From Candidatus Kaiserbacteria bacterium (GTDB lineage Bacteria > Patescibacteriota > Minisyncoccia > Phycocordibacterales > UBA918): 35,558 bases of DNA. The stretch spans positions 1 to 35,558 of the forward strand of contig JANPGF010000038.1 in assembly GCA_031423775.1 (NCBI GenBank), in the 5' to 3' direction. Numbering within the stretch: the first letter of the stretch is position 1; each line of letters opens with the position of its first letter. Made by a program: the position numbers and the translations under genes. A model generated the notes under the pieces. It made no database searches. It had not been told where the DNA came from and was given only the letters and a program-made list of their open reading frames with translations. Below, piece after piece: positions 1 through 9,252 of this stretch.

Positions 1-499
1 CGACGAGCACTCGGGCGTTTTGATAAATCGGCATTGCACCAATATCACCTAATCCTGACGCTACAGGTACTAACTCATTATTCGAAAAGGTAAAGGTTTT
101 TTGGTCGTAGCGCGGTGCTGCATTAGGATTATTTGTTTCAATCCAGAGTTGAAAGAGGGCGAGTGGTTCGACATCAGATCCGTTCCGCTCGGAATGAGCA
201 ATCCCTGAACCAGCAGACATTACCTGCACGTCACCAGGATACAAGAGTCCCCCATTCCCCTCACTGTCTTTATGTTCGAGGACACCCCCGGTCACCACCG
301 TAATAATTTCCATATTGGCATGGGGATGGAGACCAAAACCGTTACTTGGCGCTATCACATCGTCATTGAGCACCCGTAGGGTTCCAAAACCCATTCGGTT
401 CGGGTCATAGTAGTTAGCAAAACTAAACGAAAATCGTGAAGACAACCAGCCAGCTTCATTTACTCCGCGCTCTTCGTTTGATAATTTTGTGATAGACAT
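1..499 (-). CDS. Pirin family protein (YhhW-like), runs off the window start
   Basis: Hand translation from the ATG at 499: MSITKLSNEERGVNEAGWLSSRFSFSFANYYDPNRMGFGTLRVLNDDVIAPSNGFGLHPHANMEIITVV...EHKDS...GDVQVMSAGSGIAHSE...FQLWI. These are classic pirin cupin motifs. Not in the ORF track because the 3' end is outside the window. Confidence 0.93.
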   Translation of the reverse strand, partial: MSITKLSNEERGVNEAGWLSSRFSFSFANYYDPNRMGFGTLRVLNDDVIAPSNGFGLHPHANMEIITVVTGGVLEHKDSEGNGGLLYPGDVQVMSAGSGIAHSERNGSDVEPLALFQLWIETNNPNAAPRYDQKTFTFSNNELVPVASGLGDIGAMPIYQNARVLV

Positions 500-520
500 A
501 TCACCCTATTGTACAGATTT

Positions 521-1411
521 TTATGCATCTTGCATGAGATCTAGCAGAGCCGGTTCCAGACGTACGGCGTGAGCAGAACCGTACACTATAAAGAGTGAGT
601 TATATTTTTTGAGACCATCTGCCAACTGGTTAAAAATATGAACGTCACGATAATCACTTGAGTAGCTGGAGATTTCATTTAGGACGCTCGTATACTGCCC
701 ATCAACTGGCACAGGAGTTACCAAGTCTTTATATTTTTGGATATCGGTTATGTCTAACTCTGAAAATAACTTCGTTTCAAATGTCTGCAACTCGGTATCA
801 CCCCATCCACTCTCTTCCCGAAATTGTTTTAGGAATGGCTCTAGATACTCACGACATCCCGCAACGCTCACTTCTGTATCGTGATCATAATGTTCACGCT
901 GGTACTGCACCACAATGCGGTATTGGTAAAATTGGAATATGTCAGATTTTGCATACCCAGCAGAAACAAGCGCGGCAATCTCCTGGCTAAACGGTGGCTC
1001 CGGGGAATCAAAATCGACTCCAGCATCCACAGCTAGTTTTAGGGTGAAATGACTTTCGCCTTCGGCTTTTACCTCGTCAGCAGTTTTGTTTAGTAACTGA
1101 GTACGTATAGCTTCATGGCGCGCCGCTAAATTGGTATACCCTTCGACATATACCATATCGGGCCGAGCCTGATTAAAGCTCGTATAAATTTGGTCGAATT
1201 GGGAGTCCTCGAATTTGTTAGTATGATGACTCCCTACAAATACCAGTTTTTTGTCGCCTTGTATAATTTCATAGCAATATGTATCTGCAGTGGGATCTTT
1301 CGCAAAAGTAGTTTGTGCGTATTCTACATTATTTAAAATTAGAGCTCGAGCTGCGGCTGTTGCAGCCTCGTGCGCAGTAGGAGCATTCTCGGGAAAATCT
1401 GGTGATTTCAT
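521..1411 (-). CDS. Hypothetical protein (296 aa)
   Basis: Long ORF. The motifs FVGSHH, VYVEG and a C-terminal IVYGSAH loosely recall TraB/PrgY/gumN-type metal-binding folds (inference). Confidence 0.75.
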   Translation of the reverse strand: MKSPDFPENAPTAHEAATAAARALILNNVEYAQTTFAKDPTADTYCYEIIQGDKKLVFVGSHHTNKFEDSQFDQIYTSFNQARPDMVYVEGYTNLAARHEAIRTQLLNKTADEVKAEGESHFTLKLAVDAGVDFDSPEPPFSQEIAALVSAGYAKSDIFQFYQYRIVVQYQREHYDHDTEVSVAGCREYLEPFLKQFREESGWGDTELQTFETKLFSELDITDIQKYKDLVTPVPVDGQYTSVLNEISSYSSDYRDVHIFNQLADGLKKYNSLFIVYGSAHAVRLEPALLDLMQDA

Positions 1412-1434
1412 ATACGTTCATTCTACCACGCACA

Positions 1435-1460
1435 AAAAAACGCTCAGCTGAGCGTTTTTT
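1435..1460. terminator. Bidirectional-type intrinsic terminator
   Basis: Perfect palindrome AAAAAACGCTCAG/CTGAGCGTTTTTT just downstream of the VOC gene stop. Confidence 0.75.
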
Positions 1461-1464
1461 ATCT

Positions 1465-2364
1465 CTATTCACCGGCAAACGCGCGTTCTAGTATTGCGAG
1501 ATCAAATTTCTTCATTTGCATAAAGGCTTTTGTTACGCGGGCAATTTGTTCTGGTGTTCCCGTAGACATCATGCGGCTCATAGCGGTTGGAACAATCTGC
1601 CAAGGAAAGCCGAATTTATCATTTAGCCACCCACACTGGACTTCATTTCCGCCGTCAGTTAATTTCTCCCAATAGTAATCAATTTCTGCCTGATTTTCAC
1701 AGGTAACGACAAATGAAATAGCTTGCGCAAACGTAAATGACGCTGGAGTAGTACCATTATCCATGAGCGCGATATTTACCTTCTCAAGTGTGAGACCGGC
1801 ATGTTTTACCACAGCCTTTTCATTTTGCGTTTCGCCAGCTTCATATTTCTGGAGGTAATTAATCTTCGCGTCATGGAAAACACTCGCGTAGAAATCAGCC
1901 GCCTCTGTAGCGCGACCACAGTTATCGTTCGAGAACATCAGGGTCGGAGTAACCTTTTGTCCAGATGCCGTCAAATTCATATCTGGCGCATACATGAACT
2001 GCCACGAAATACCGTACCGGTCAGTGAGCCAGGTGTATCGCTCTGCAAATGGATACGTTCCTAGTTCCATCAGAAAGGTGTGTTCATCTTTCATCACTTT
2101 TGCCGTCAAAACATCTACTTCCTCGGCACTCGAACACGATACAAGGAACGACACAGTTGCGTTAAAAGGGAGATACGGGCCCGCAGTCATAAGATCAAAG
2201 TTCATGCCAAAGACCTCAATTGTTGCCATCTGTACGGTACCAGAGGGAGTATCAGATAGTTCACCGCCGGCTTTTACTACCGTCTCTGGGAACAGTGACT
2301 GATAATATGCTACAACGGCCGGCATATCTCGTTCAAACCACAGAAAGGGGGTAATTTTTTGCAT
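1465..2364 (-). CDS. VOC/PhnB-like (3-demethylubiquinone-9 3-methyltransferase-like) two-domain protein
   Basis: Starts MQKITPFLWF (ATG at 2364). Two repeats ending in DRYGISWQ and CGWLNDKFGFPWQIVP, with C-terminal MQMKKFD. Confidence 0.92.
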   Translation of the reverse strand: MQKITPFLWFERDMPAVVAYYQSLFPETVVKAGGELSDTPSGTVQMATIEVFGMNFDLMTAGPYLPFNATVSFLVSCSSAEEVDVLTAKVMKDEHTFLMELGTYPFAERYTWLTDRYGISWQFMYAPDMNLTASGQKVTPTLMFSNDNCGRATEAADFYASVFHDAKINYLQKYEAGETQNEKAVVKHAGLTLEKVNIALMDNGTTPASFTFAQAISFVVTCENQAEIDYYWEKLTDGGNEVQCGWLNDKFGFPWQIVPTAMSRMMSTGTPEQIARVTKAFMQMKKFDLAILERAFAGE

Positions 2365-2381
2365 GCACTTATAAATTAAAA

Positions 2382-2414
2382 ATATACTAATGGATACTCT
2401 ATCCATTAGTATAT
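2382..2414 (-). terminator. AT-rich hairpin, probable terminator downstream of dsbA
   Basis: 15-bp stem ATATACTAATGGATA-CTC-TATCCATTAGTATAT, followed by a T-run on the minus strand. It could alternatively be an operator for the VOC gene. Confidence 0.5.
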
Positions 2415-2441
2415 CTCAAATTACTCCCGTGCGAATTAGTA

Positions 2442-3215
2442 CTATTTTGCAGCTAGTGCTTTCTCAACCAACGCCTTTACGTTACTGTACGGTAGGGCGC
2501 CAGACAGCATGTCGGTACCAATGATGGTGCCTGGTGTTCCGTTGATACCAAAGGTGCCACCCTCTTCTTTGTCGGCATCAATTGATTTTTGATACTCCTC
2601 ACCCTTTGTTTTAAGGAGGTCAGCCACTTTTGTTGTATCAATGCCTAGTGATTTTGTCATCGCGAGAATATCCGCCTCGCTTCCCCAACCACCGTTTTCG
2701 GCATCTTGCTTGGCAAACATCGAGGTATGCCACGCCGCGAATTTATCCGGTGCCACTTCCCATACTGCTCGCGCAACTCGACTCGCGTCATCTGAATCAG
2801 CTCCTAAAAAGGCGAAGTCCTTAAAGACAATTTTTACTTTTCCGGAGTCAGCGTATTCTGCAATCAAACGTTTAACTGATTCCTGATCAAAGCGCTTACA
2901 GAATGGGCATTGGTAATCTGACCAGACAGCGACTACAACCGGAGCATCTGCTTTTCCGATAAATGGATTACCGTCAGTGTGTACCTTTGTAATATCTACG
3001 GGGATAGTAGTAGGTGCAACGGCTGGTGCCGGTGCAAGATCTTCCCCTGGTTTGACGTTACCCTGTAACCCAAAGAATAGTGCGGCCGACATAAGGGCGC
3101 CAGCAACTACTATAGATACAGGAATCATCAAATTACTATTTGCTAGTGTTTGGATTGGTGAGGTAGCCTGTATTGTAGGCACCGCCGGCACTTGCGTATT
3201 ATTTTGTTCAGTCAT
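2442..3215 (-). CDS. Membrane-anchored DsbA/BdbD-like thioredoxin (Thioredoxin_4)
   Basis: N-terminal TM helix, SDYQCPFC active site and GINGTP cis-Pro loop. Confidence 0.92.
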   Translation of the reverse strand: MTEQNNTQVPAVPTIQATSPIQTLANSNLMIPVSIVVAGALMSAALFFGLQGNVKPGEDLAPAPAVAPTTIPVDITKVHTDGNPFIGKADAPVVVAVWSDYQCPFCKRFDQESVKRLIAEYADSGKVKIVFKDFAFLGADSDDASRVARAVWEVAPDKFAAWHTSMFAKQDAENGGWGSEADILAMTKSLGIDTTKVADLLKTKGEEYQKSIDADKEEGGTFGINGTPGTIIGTDMLSGALPYSNVKALVEKALAAK

Positions 3216-3281
3216 ACAGATTGGTGATTTAAAATTAACGTATTATGTTCCGCCACAGCGAATGCCTCAATTATACACAAT

Positions 3282-3695
3282 TTATGCAATTTCGACGTGC
3301 TGTTTGAAATTATTCAGTATTGCCTGCCAGCCCTCCTGCTGTCGTTCGGGGGTATTTTCAGTTTCAGGGTCGAATTCTTCGGTCACTTTCGTTTCAGTTT
3401 TTGACAAAGCTTCAAAGGTTACCGTTACCGTCCGACCGTCGCCCATCTCGTACGAGATTATCTGTAGTGGTACAACTTTCGTATACGTCCCCCCAAAATC
3501 GAAACTGACACTCCCATCTTTTGCGGCCATGGTGGCAGAAAAGACCCCGCCAACCGTCAAGTTATTCTCGGCTCGTGGGCATTCCCAATCATCTGACGCG
3601 TGATTCCAGATAGTAATATGTACCGGATCAATCCAATATTCCCACACCTTTTCAATTGGACCACCCACAACTGCTGAAATGGTTATTTTGTTCAT
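3282..3695 (-). CDS. SRPBCC/AHA1 (activator of Hsp90 ATPase 1-like) domain protein
   Basis: Motifs KVWEYW..P.HI..WN.ASDDW.CP, MAAKDGSVSFDFGGTY and QQEGWQAILNNFK. Confidence 0.92.
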   Translation of the reverse strand: MNKITISAVVGGPIEKVWEYWIDPVHITIWNHASDDWECPRAENNLTVGGVFSATMAAKDGSVSFDFGGTYTKVVPLQIISYEMGDGRTVTVTFEALSKTETKVTEEFDPETENTPERQQEGWQAILNNFKQHVEIA

Positions 3696-3712
3696 ATAAA
3701 CCTAGTATACAA

Positions 3713-4468
3713 CTAGTATCCTTCTGCTTCTAGTTCAGCCCGAGTAAGCGGTTTATACACCATATCACTCTTGTCGGGGATGTTCCGCTCTCGATAAATC
3801 TGCATCAAACGCGTAAAAAACACCTGGGCAGGTTTCTGGCGTTCTGCTGGTAACTTACTAATAGCCTGCTCAAGCCAGTCGGGATAAAACAGTAGTATCT
3901 TCACTAACTGCCCCGTAACAGGGTCGACCGTTTCCATCCATGGCACATGGGTATCAACAAAGGTAAATCCTCCAGCGGCGTCATGGATACAATCCTGAGG
4001 TCCCCACGGATCGGAAGCATGCCATATACCAGCTTTTATCGCATCGTCTAAAAATTGTTGCACGGGTTCGTTCTGTTCATTTTGTGCTGCTGCCTGATCC
4101 CATAGCTGACTACCCGCTTCAGTCAGACTCTCTGAATCGCCAGCTGCAGCAATGTACGCGTTTTGAATCTCACTATGTAAAGGATCTGCATCAGTCTTGA
4201 TGAGGGGTGTCCGCGCAAACGCTCGCGCACCTGTCCCATCGGGGATATTGCCTGACTGACTGATGTCGACAATATGCGCAGGGAAAAGCAGGTGGCATAT
4301 TTTTTGAAAATAAAATAATCCGCGTATTTGTTCATTACTATAGTTTTCGTACTTAAATTCGAGTGTGGCATGTGCGGCATCGTTTGGGAGACGATAGACT
4401 CGTTTTTCTATTCCTTCACCTATTTGATGAGGCGTATCAGAATAAGGAGTAGGTGATTCAAATCGCAT
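3713..4468 (-). CDS. Hypothetical protein, possibly kinase-like
   Basis: 251-aa ORF with N-terminal IGEGIEKRVY (Gly-loop-like) and FTFVD. Confidence 0.7.
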   Translation of the reverse strand: MRFESPTPYSDTPHQIGEGIEKRVYRLPNDAAHATLEFKYENYSNEQIRGLFYFQKICHLLFPAHIVDISQSGNIPDGTGARAFARTPLIKTDADPLHSEIQNAYIAAAGDSESLTEAGSQLWDQAAAQNEQNEPVQQFLDDAIKAGIWHASDPWGPQDCIHDAAGGFTFVDTHVPWMETVDPVTGQLVKILLFYPDWLEQAISKLPAERQKPAQVFFTRLMQIYRERNIPDKSDMVYKPLTRAELEAEGY

Positions 4469-4483
4469 AAATGTATTACACTA

Positions 4484-5056
4484 CTATCCCACGAACACTG
4501 CCTGCATCCAATCATAGGCATACACAGAGAGGTAGGCGAACGTAATATTGAAGATAATATTCCCGGCGCCGAGAGGACCCATCACCCGCCAATAGGGAAT
4601 TTTTGCCATGCCTGCGGGGATAGTAATAAAGTCATTCGAAAGCGGCGAGATACACCCATACATAAAACAAACAAGAGGAAATGATTTCGGATGACGAGTG
4701 GCCAACTCGTGAATTTTAGTAAAGAGTTGATACAGCCGACCTGGAATCAGGGTCGCACCTTGTTTTCCTGTTACATACGAAAAGGAATCCCCTGTCATCA
4801 CACCCAGAGCCGATGCCAGCCCAAGAAAAGCCGGATTTACTCCCGCACTTGCGAGTACTAAAATAATAGAAAAATAAGGGATGGTATTAAAGGTGGTCAA
4901 TCCTCCCAAGGTTGCCATGGTATACATCAGAATATAGGCATTTTGCGTTCCAATATAATCAACGATACTGTTTGCGTCAACGAAGAAAAAGAAGATAACC
5001 GACACCACTACTCCAATTAAAAACGGGAGGATGGCCAGAATGGTACGGAAACTCAT
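4484..5056 (-). CDS. DedA/VTT (SNARE-associated-like) membrane protein
   Basis: Hydrophobic. Contains G..TGDSFSY..G, PLSNDFITIPAG and PYWR..PL..G. Overlaps the upstream gene by ATGA. Confidence 0.8.
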   Translation of the reverse strand: MSFRTILAILPFLIGVVVSVIFFFFVDANSIVDYIGTQNAYILMYTMATLGGLTTFNTIPYFSIILVLASAGVNPAFLGLASALGVMTGDSFSYVTGKQGATLIPGRLYQLFTKIHELATRHPKSFPLVCFMYGCISPLSNDFITIPAGMAKIPYWRVMGPLGAGNIIFNITFAYLSVYAYDWMQAVFVG

Positions 5057-5427
5057 GGTGCCATTGGTTTATGTGGCCGATTAAATGGGTCGGTCGATAT
5101 AATACGGATTTTTGTTGCGGTTGCCGCTGGTTTACGAGATTCAGCTGATACCATCACAAACACACCAGCCACTAATTCTGTTTCCGTAGCATCTTTCTTA
5201 CCAAAGATAATTTTAGTTGTTGAGGCAATCGTAAATTGTTCTGTACGACCATGAGCGTCCACGACCGAAAGGGTATGGTCAGCGACAACAGACACCTTAC
5301 CTCCGAAAGTGTTAGCCGGGAGCGGAGGGCGCAAGAAAAACCAAAAACCGCCAATATTAATAACGACCAAAAAAAGTACAATACCTGCCGCTATGAAGTA
5401 CTGCTTTTTTGCGGTAGTAAGTGTCAT
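5053..5427 (-). CDS. Membrane-anchored OB-fold protein (DUF5666-like)
   Basis: N-terminal TM, then G.V..V....L.V, F.I...TKI, L..G..V.V and ATKIRI. Confidence 0.65.
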   Translation of the reverse strand: MTLTTAKKQYFIAAGIVLFLVVINIGGFWFFLRPPLPANTFGGKVSVVADHTLSVVDAHGRTEQFTIASTTKIIFGKKDATETELVAGVFVMVSAESRKPAATATKIRIISTDPFNRPHKPMAP

Positions 5428-5454
5428 CCCACCACTATACCACTTTAGTTACAG

Positions 5455-5496
5455 ACAAAACAAAACCACTTGCAGGTGCAAGTGGTTTTGTTTTGT
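5455..5496. terminator. Intrinsic terminator of rpsT
   Basis: 20-bp arms ACAAAACAAAACCACTTGCA-GG-TGCAAGTGGTTTTGTTTTGT. Confidence 0.8.
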
Positions 5497-5498
5497 GA

Positions 5499-5768
5499 CT
5501 ATTTAGTTGTTGCTTTCTTGATAGCCGCTGAGAGACGAGACTTTTTGCGTCCGGCAGTGTTGTCTTTGATAACACCACGCTTGGCTGCCTTATCAATTGC
5601 CTTGTAGGCTGCGGGGAGCATTGCTTTCGCTTCTGTTCCTTTGCCGGCTACAATTGCCTTCTTAATATCCTTTACTACATCGCGCATTGCGCTATTAGTA
5701 CGGATATTGAACACGCGCTTGCGTTCACTACTTCGTACTGCTTTTTTTGCTCCTTTTGTAATTGCCAT
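5499..5768 (-). CDS. rpsT: 30S ribosomal protein S20
   Basis: MAITKGAKKAVR...IDKAAKRGVIKDNTAGRKKSRL. Confidence 0.97.
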   Translation of the reverse strand: MAITKGAKKAVRSSERKRVFNIRTNSAMRDVVKDIKKAIVAGKGTEAKAMLPAAYKAIDKAAKRGVIKDNTAGRKKSRLSAAIKKATTK

Positions 5769-5862
5769 ATAATTTATCTAAGTGGTGCAACTGTACCGTA
5801 TATTCGTAAATAAATCAACCGGTTTCCCTAAGGCCCCCAGGGTAGGGTACAATATGGCCATT

Positions 5863-6435
5863 ATGATTCGATTAGTCAGTGGTGAAGTGGTGTCCGTAAC
5901 CGGGTCAGGGGTGGTAGTGTTAGTTGGCGGATTGGGGTATTTAGTACACACCAACAAAAAGGCTGCTCTCCTCGCCGGAGACACCGTTACTCTCCATACC
6001 TACCTCGCCGTGCGCGAAACTGCCCTTGATTTATATGGTTTTTTGCGTGATGTGGAACTACAGTGTTTCGAACTCCTCCTCACTATTCCAAAAATTGGGC
6101 CAAAATCAGCTATGCAAATCCTCGATGCAGCTGACGTTACTTTGATCATCGAGGCGGTGAATTTAGGCGACGCGAGCCACCTCACAAAATTGTCCGGTAT
6201 CGGGAAAAAGACAGCCGAAAAAATCGTAACCGAACTCAAAGACAAAATCGAGGTACTGACGTTTGTAACCGGTACCTCGACCCCTGATGCCACCACTGAA
6301 TCCTATAACGATGCCTTTGATACTCTCCTCACCCTTGGCTACAACCCCGTTAATGTCCGCCGCGTGCTCGAGGAACTCGGCCAGGGCGAAACTACGAGCA
6401 CACTCGTAAAACTCGCTTTACAAAGATTGTCGTAA
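5863..6435 (+). CDS. ruvA: Holliday junction branch migration protein RuvA
   Basis: MIRLVSG...GLGY, LYGF, HhH motifs IPKIGPKSA and LSGIGKKTAEKI, and LLTLGY. Start taken at ATG 5863. Confidence 0.96.
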   Translation: MIRLVSGEVVSVTGSGVVVLVGGLGYLVHTNKKAALLAGDTVTLHTYLAVRETALDLYGFLRDVELQCFELLLTIPKIGPKSAMQILDAADVTLIIEAVNLGDASHLTKLSGIGKKTAEKIVTELKDKIEVLTFVTGTSTPDATTESYNDAFDTLLTLGYNPVNVRRVLEELGQGETTSTLVKLALQRLS

Positions 6436-6437
6436 TA

Positions 6438-6468
6438 AAAAACACTCGCCATACTGGTGAGTGTTTTT
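6438..6468. terminator. Bidirectional terminator between convergent genes
   Basis: AAAAACACTCGCCA-TAC-TGGTGAGTGTTTTT. Confidence 0.75.
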
Positions 6469-6473
6469 ATGTT

Positions 6474-8351
6474 CTAAATCTCTTGTACCGAAGGCACCAC
6501 TTCAATCGTTACTGCTCTAGTTACCACATCTGACGGTACCCCAGGACCAGCTTTTGGAGTACACGAGAGAGAGAAGTTCTGAGTACTCGTAAGACCAGCG
6601 GTCCTCACTACGCCGACACTTTTTATCCCCGGAGTATTGGTAAGTACTTGTCCTACCCCTGGTGCAAATGTACCCTGAAGCTTACACATAAATGTGTAAT
6701 CTGCGTCAATTGACCAATCTAAGGTAGTGGTAGCTCCGTAGCGAACAACTTCATTTTTATGGATAAGTTCGACAGTACCAACGGCATACGCATAGGTTTG
6801 AGTAATCACGGTACTTACATTGTCAGTAAAATTCACTTCATTAAGACTGCTGATTCGTGGTACTGGGTTCACAATCGCTCGCAATTCAGTCGCACCCATT
6901 TTAAGATTTGGGATCACTGCAATAATACTCTTACTCACACCTGCCCCACTGGCTGATTTTGCAGGTATACTTCCACCATACACATCCTGCACAGCCGTTT
7001 TCCATACACCAGAAGCATCCTTATACTCGACCCGATATGGCACATTCATACCAACAAGTACATTCTTATTTCCTTTATTAAGGAGCGCTAACGTTACTTT
7101 TGTAGCTGGACACGGAGTATTGCCGGCCATCAATCCTGTATCACAGGCACTCGTGACTGCAAAACTCTGGAACGAGAGGTCGGTGTTCCCCGGTACATAC
7201 GTGAGTGGAACGGAATTACTGATATTATTTGAGACATTCGTTTCAGCCAAGGCCACCGCGTAAGGGGCAGGATTAACCACCACTCGCACTGCCGACCTTC
7301 CAACCGGTAGATTGACCACTGATTGCGTTATGGTCGAACTCTGTCCATTTATGTCTACCCCACTAGTATATGACCCTGTCTTGGCTAGTCGCCATGGACT
7401 GGTTGCAGCATCCGCAGGTAAGTGGTACTCCACGCGATACGGGACACTGATACCGGACGATATAGCCTTGTTACCGGTATTTTGAATAGTAAACGAAAGA
7501 TCAGTTTTAGGACACACAATACTGGCTGTCATCTCATCAATACTACAGGCATGGGTAATAACAAAGTTTTGCACCGACACATCAGGCACAGGTGGGGGCG
7601 TACAACCCATGACTTTTCCATTGGTTTGCAACAACGCATTTGGTGTGCCGTTAATATCGATGGCATGGATAAACAGGGCATGATCACCAGTACCTCGGTA
7701 TGAATCAGGGAGGACACAGGTAAATCCATGATTCCCTGGCACGTGTGCCTTTATATTTACGTCAGAGCGCGCTTGATCTGCAGTACAAGCGGTGACAAAC
7801 GTACCTTGGCCGGCACGATTATCCTTGTAAATATGAACACTAATTGCCTGGGCAGTATTATCAGGATCGTAGGCCCACCCGTAGACGGAACAATTTGACG
7901 GTGTAACTGCGTCGAAATAACCAGTTGCCGGCTTTGGACTACTGCCACCCCCTGTGAAAGGACCGCCTCCCCCGTTTCCATTTCCACCATTAGAAACTGG
8001 TCGTGACACGAGGTTCGGTCCGTAATTTGTGCCGCTCCCGGCATATGACCAGACGTCATAGGTCACACCATTGACTGTTTGTTGTCCGGTATAGTGAGCA
8101 TTACTTGGAATGGGACTAGTTGAAACGTTAGCAATGTATGAACCGATCCCACTTGTACTGCCTCCACTACTACTCCCGCCCACTTGATTATTTGCCCCGG
8201 CCCGTCCGTCTCCGCTACCAATCGCAGAACCACTGTTACAACAGACATGATCACCAAACCAACCAGCCTCTGCTTTTTCAACTGAAAGAAATGAAAAAGA
8301 TACGACACAGATACAAATCAGTAGGGATTGTTTCAGTAAAGATATATGCAT
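6474..8351 (-). CDS. Secreted/surface protein with Gly/Ser-rich linker and two CARDB-like Ig domains
   Basis: Signal peptide (AEA cleavage), a GWAYDPD...HGF module, and two repeats of D.S...F...N.GN...E.N..NN/DN. Confidence 0.8.
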   Translation of the reverse strand: MHISLLKQSLLICICVVSFSFLSVEKAEAGWFGDHVCCNSGSAIGSGDGRAGANNQVGGSSSGGSTSGIGSYIANVSTSPIPSNAHYTGQQTVNGVTYDVWSYAGSGTNYGPNLVSRPVSNGGNGNGGGGPFTGGGSSPKPATGYFDAVTPSNCSVYGWAYDPDNTAQAISVHIYKDNRAGQGTFVTACTADQARSDVNIKAHVPGNHGFTCVLPDSYRGTGDHALFIHAIDINGTPNALLQTNGKVMGCTPPPVPDVSVQNFVITHACSIDEMTASIVCPKTDLSFTIQNTGNKAISSGISVPYRVEYHLPADAATSPWRLAKTGSYTSGVDINGQSSTITQSVVNLPVGRSAVRVVVNPAPYAVALAETNVSNNISNSVPLTYVPGNTDLSFQSFAVTSACDTGLMAGNTPCPATKVTLALLNKGNKNVLVGMNVPYRVEYKDASGVWKTAVQDVYGGSIPAKSASGAGVSKSIIAVIPNLKMGATELRAIVNPVPRISSLNEVNFTDNVSTVITQTYAYAVGTVELIHKNEVVRYGATTTLDWSIDADYTFMCKLQGTFAPGVGQVLTNTPGIKSVGVVRTAGLTSTQNFSLSCTPKAGPGVPSDVVTRAVTIEVVPSVQEI

Positions 8352-8362
8352 AAATAGAAAGA

Positions 8363-9160
8363 TTAATTTGTTTGTTCTGTATCTGAATAATGAATGAGAT
8401 ATTCTCGCAGCGACAAGGTAGCTAAATAGGTATCAATATAAGCTTTGGTTGCGTCTATATCACTTTGACCATACCAGCCATACAGCATACCGCGACGAGC
8501 AAAATCATCTGCTGACTCTTGATATTGCACTGCGTGATCTGGATCAAATAGAGCAGCTGCGGCAGCTAATAGATATCCATCAGCAACACGCATACTGGGG
8601 TACACATACTCCTTTGGAATATCACCTATTGCAGTCACGCCGGTAATGCGATTTGCCAAAACTGGCTGCTTGTACATTTCTCCTAGCTGCTGAATCCGGG
8701 TATGCAGGTGCGTAAACAATGCACCAAGCCGTGACTGGTCGGTCTGCAATTTCAAAAATTCATTCACTGACGTCGAACCGATTTTAAACACCTGGTCCGC
8801 GGTATCCGTCGCCACCCCCGTTCGGAGCGTAGTGCTTGAGACACCTTGTATCGCGGCAAAATACGTCGCAGCATCACTTTCATTTGTATTACCAGGTTCT
8901 GGCACTGTTATTGCATCTAGTTGCGCAAATAGCGCTTTTTGATCAGCGTCTTCTTTTACCAATGCATCTACTTTTGCTTTTAATTCGTCCGATAGAGCAA
9001 AACTAGTGGTTGGTAGTGCCGGATAGTGCTTATGTGATACATAATACAAATAGCCTCCCAATAGGACTCCTGTGCCAACTAAAAGACTGACAATTATTTT
9101 AAACCATTGCGGAATACACCACTTTTCTCTTAAGATCACATCTGACTGATTATCATTCAT
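8363..9160 (-). CDS. Membrane-anchored protein with degenerate PAP2/class A acid phosphatase-like C-terminus
   Basis: TM at about aa 21-40. YPSMR and ARRGMLYGWYGQSDIDA align by eye to the YPSGH and R...G.H..SD motifs. Confidence 0.65.
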   Translation of the reverse strand: MNDNQSDVILREKWCIPQWFKIIVSLLVGTGVLLGGYLYYVSHKHYPALPTTSFALSDELKAKVDALVKEDADQKALFAQLDAITVPEPGNTNESDAATYFAAIQGVSSTTLRTGVATDTADQVFKIGSTSVNEFLKLQTDQSRLGALFTHLHTRIQQLGEMYKQPVLANRITGVTAIGDIPKEYVYPSMRVADGYLLAAAAALFDPDHAVQYQESADDFARRGMLYGWYGQSDIDATKAYIDTYLATLSLREYLIHYSDTEQTN

Positions 9161-9252
9161 ATGATTGCATTATATGCTCTCGGTAGCAAAATTTAGGATT
9201 AGTTATGCCTATATTTTGGCAAAGGTTGGTTTTCTGCCGTATACTAGTACTT

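Noticed and set aside
2977-3603. Long antisense ORFs (2977-3603, also 24128-24661, 6820-7263, 25418-25693)
   Set aside because: They are shadows of well-supported genes on the opposite strand.
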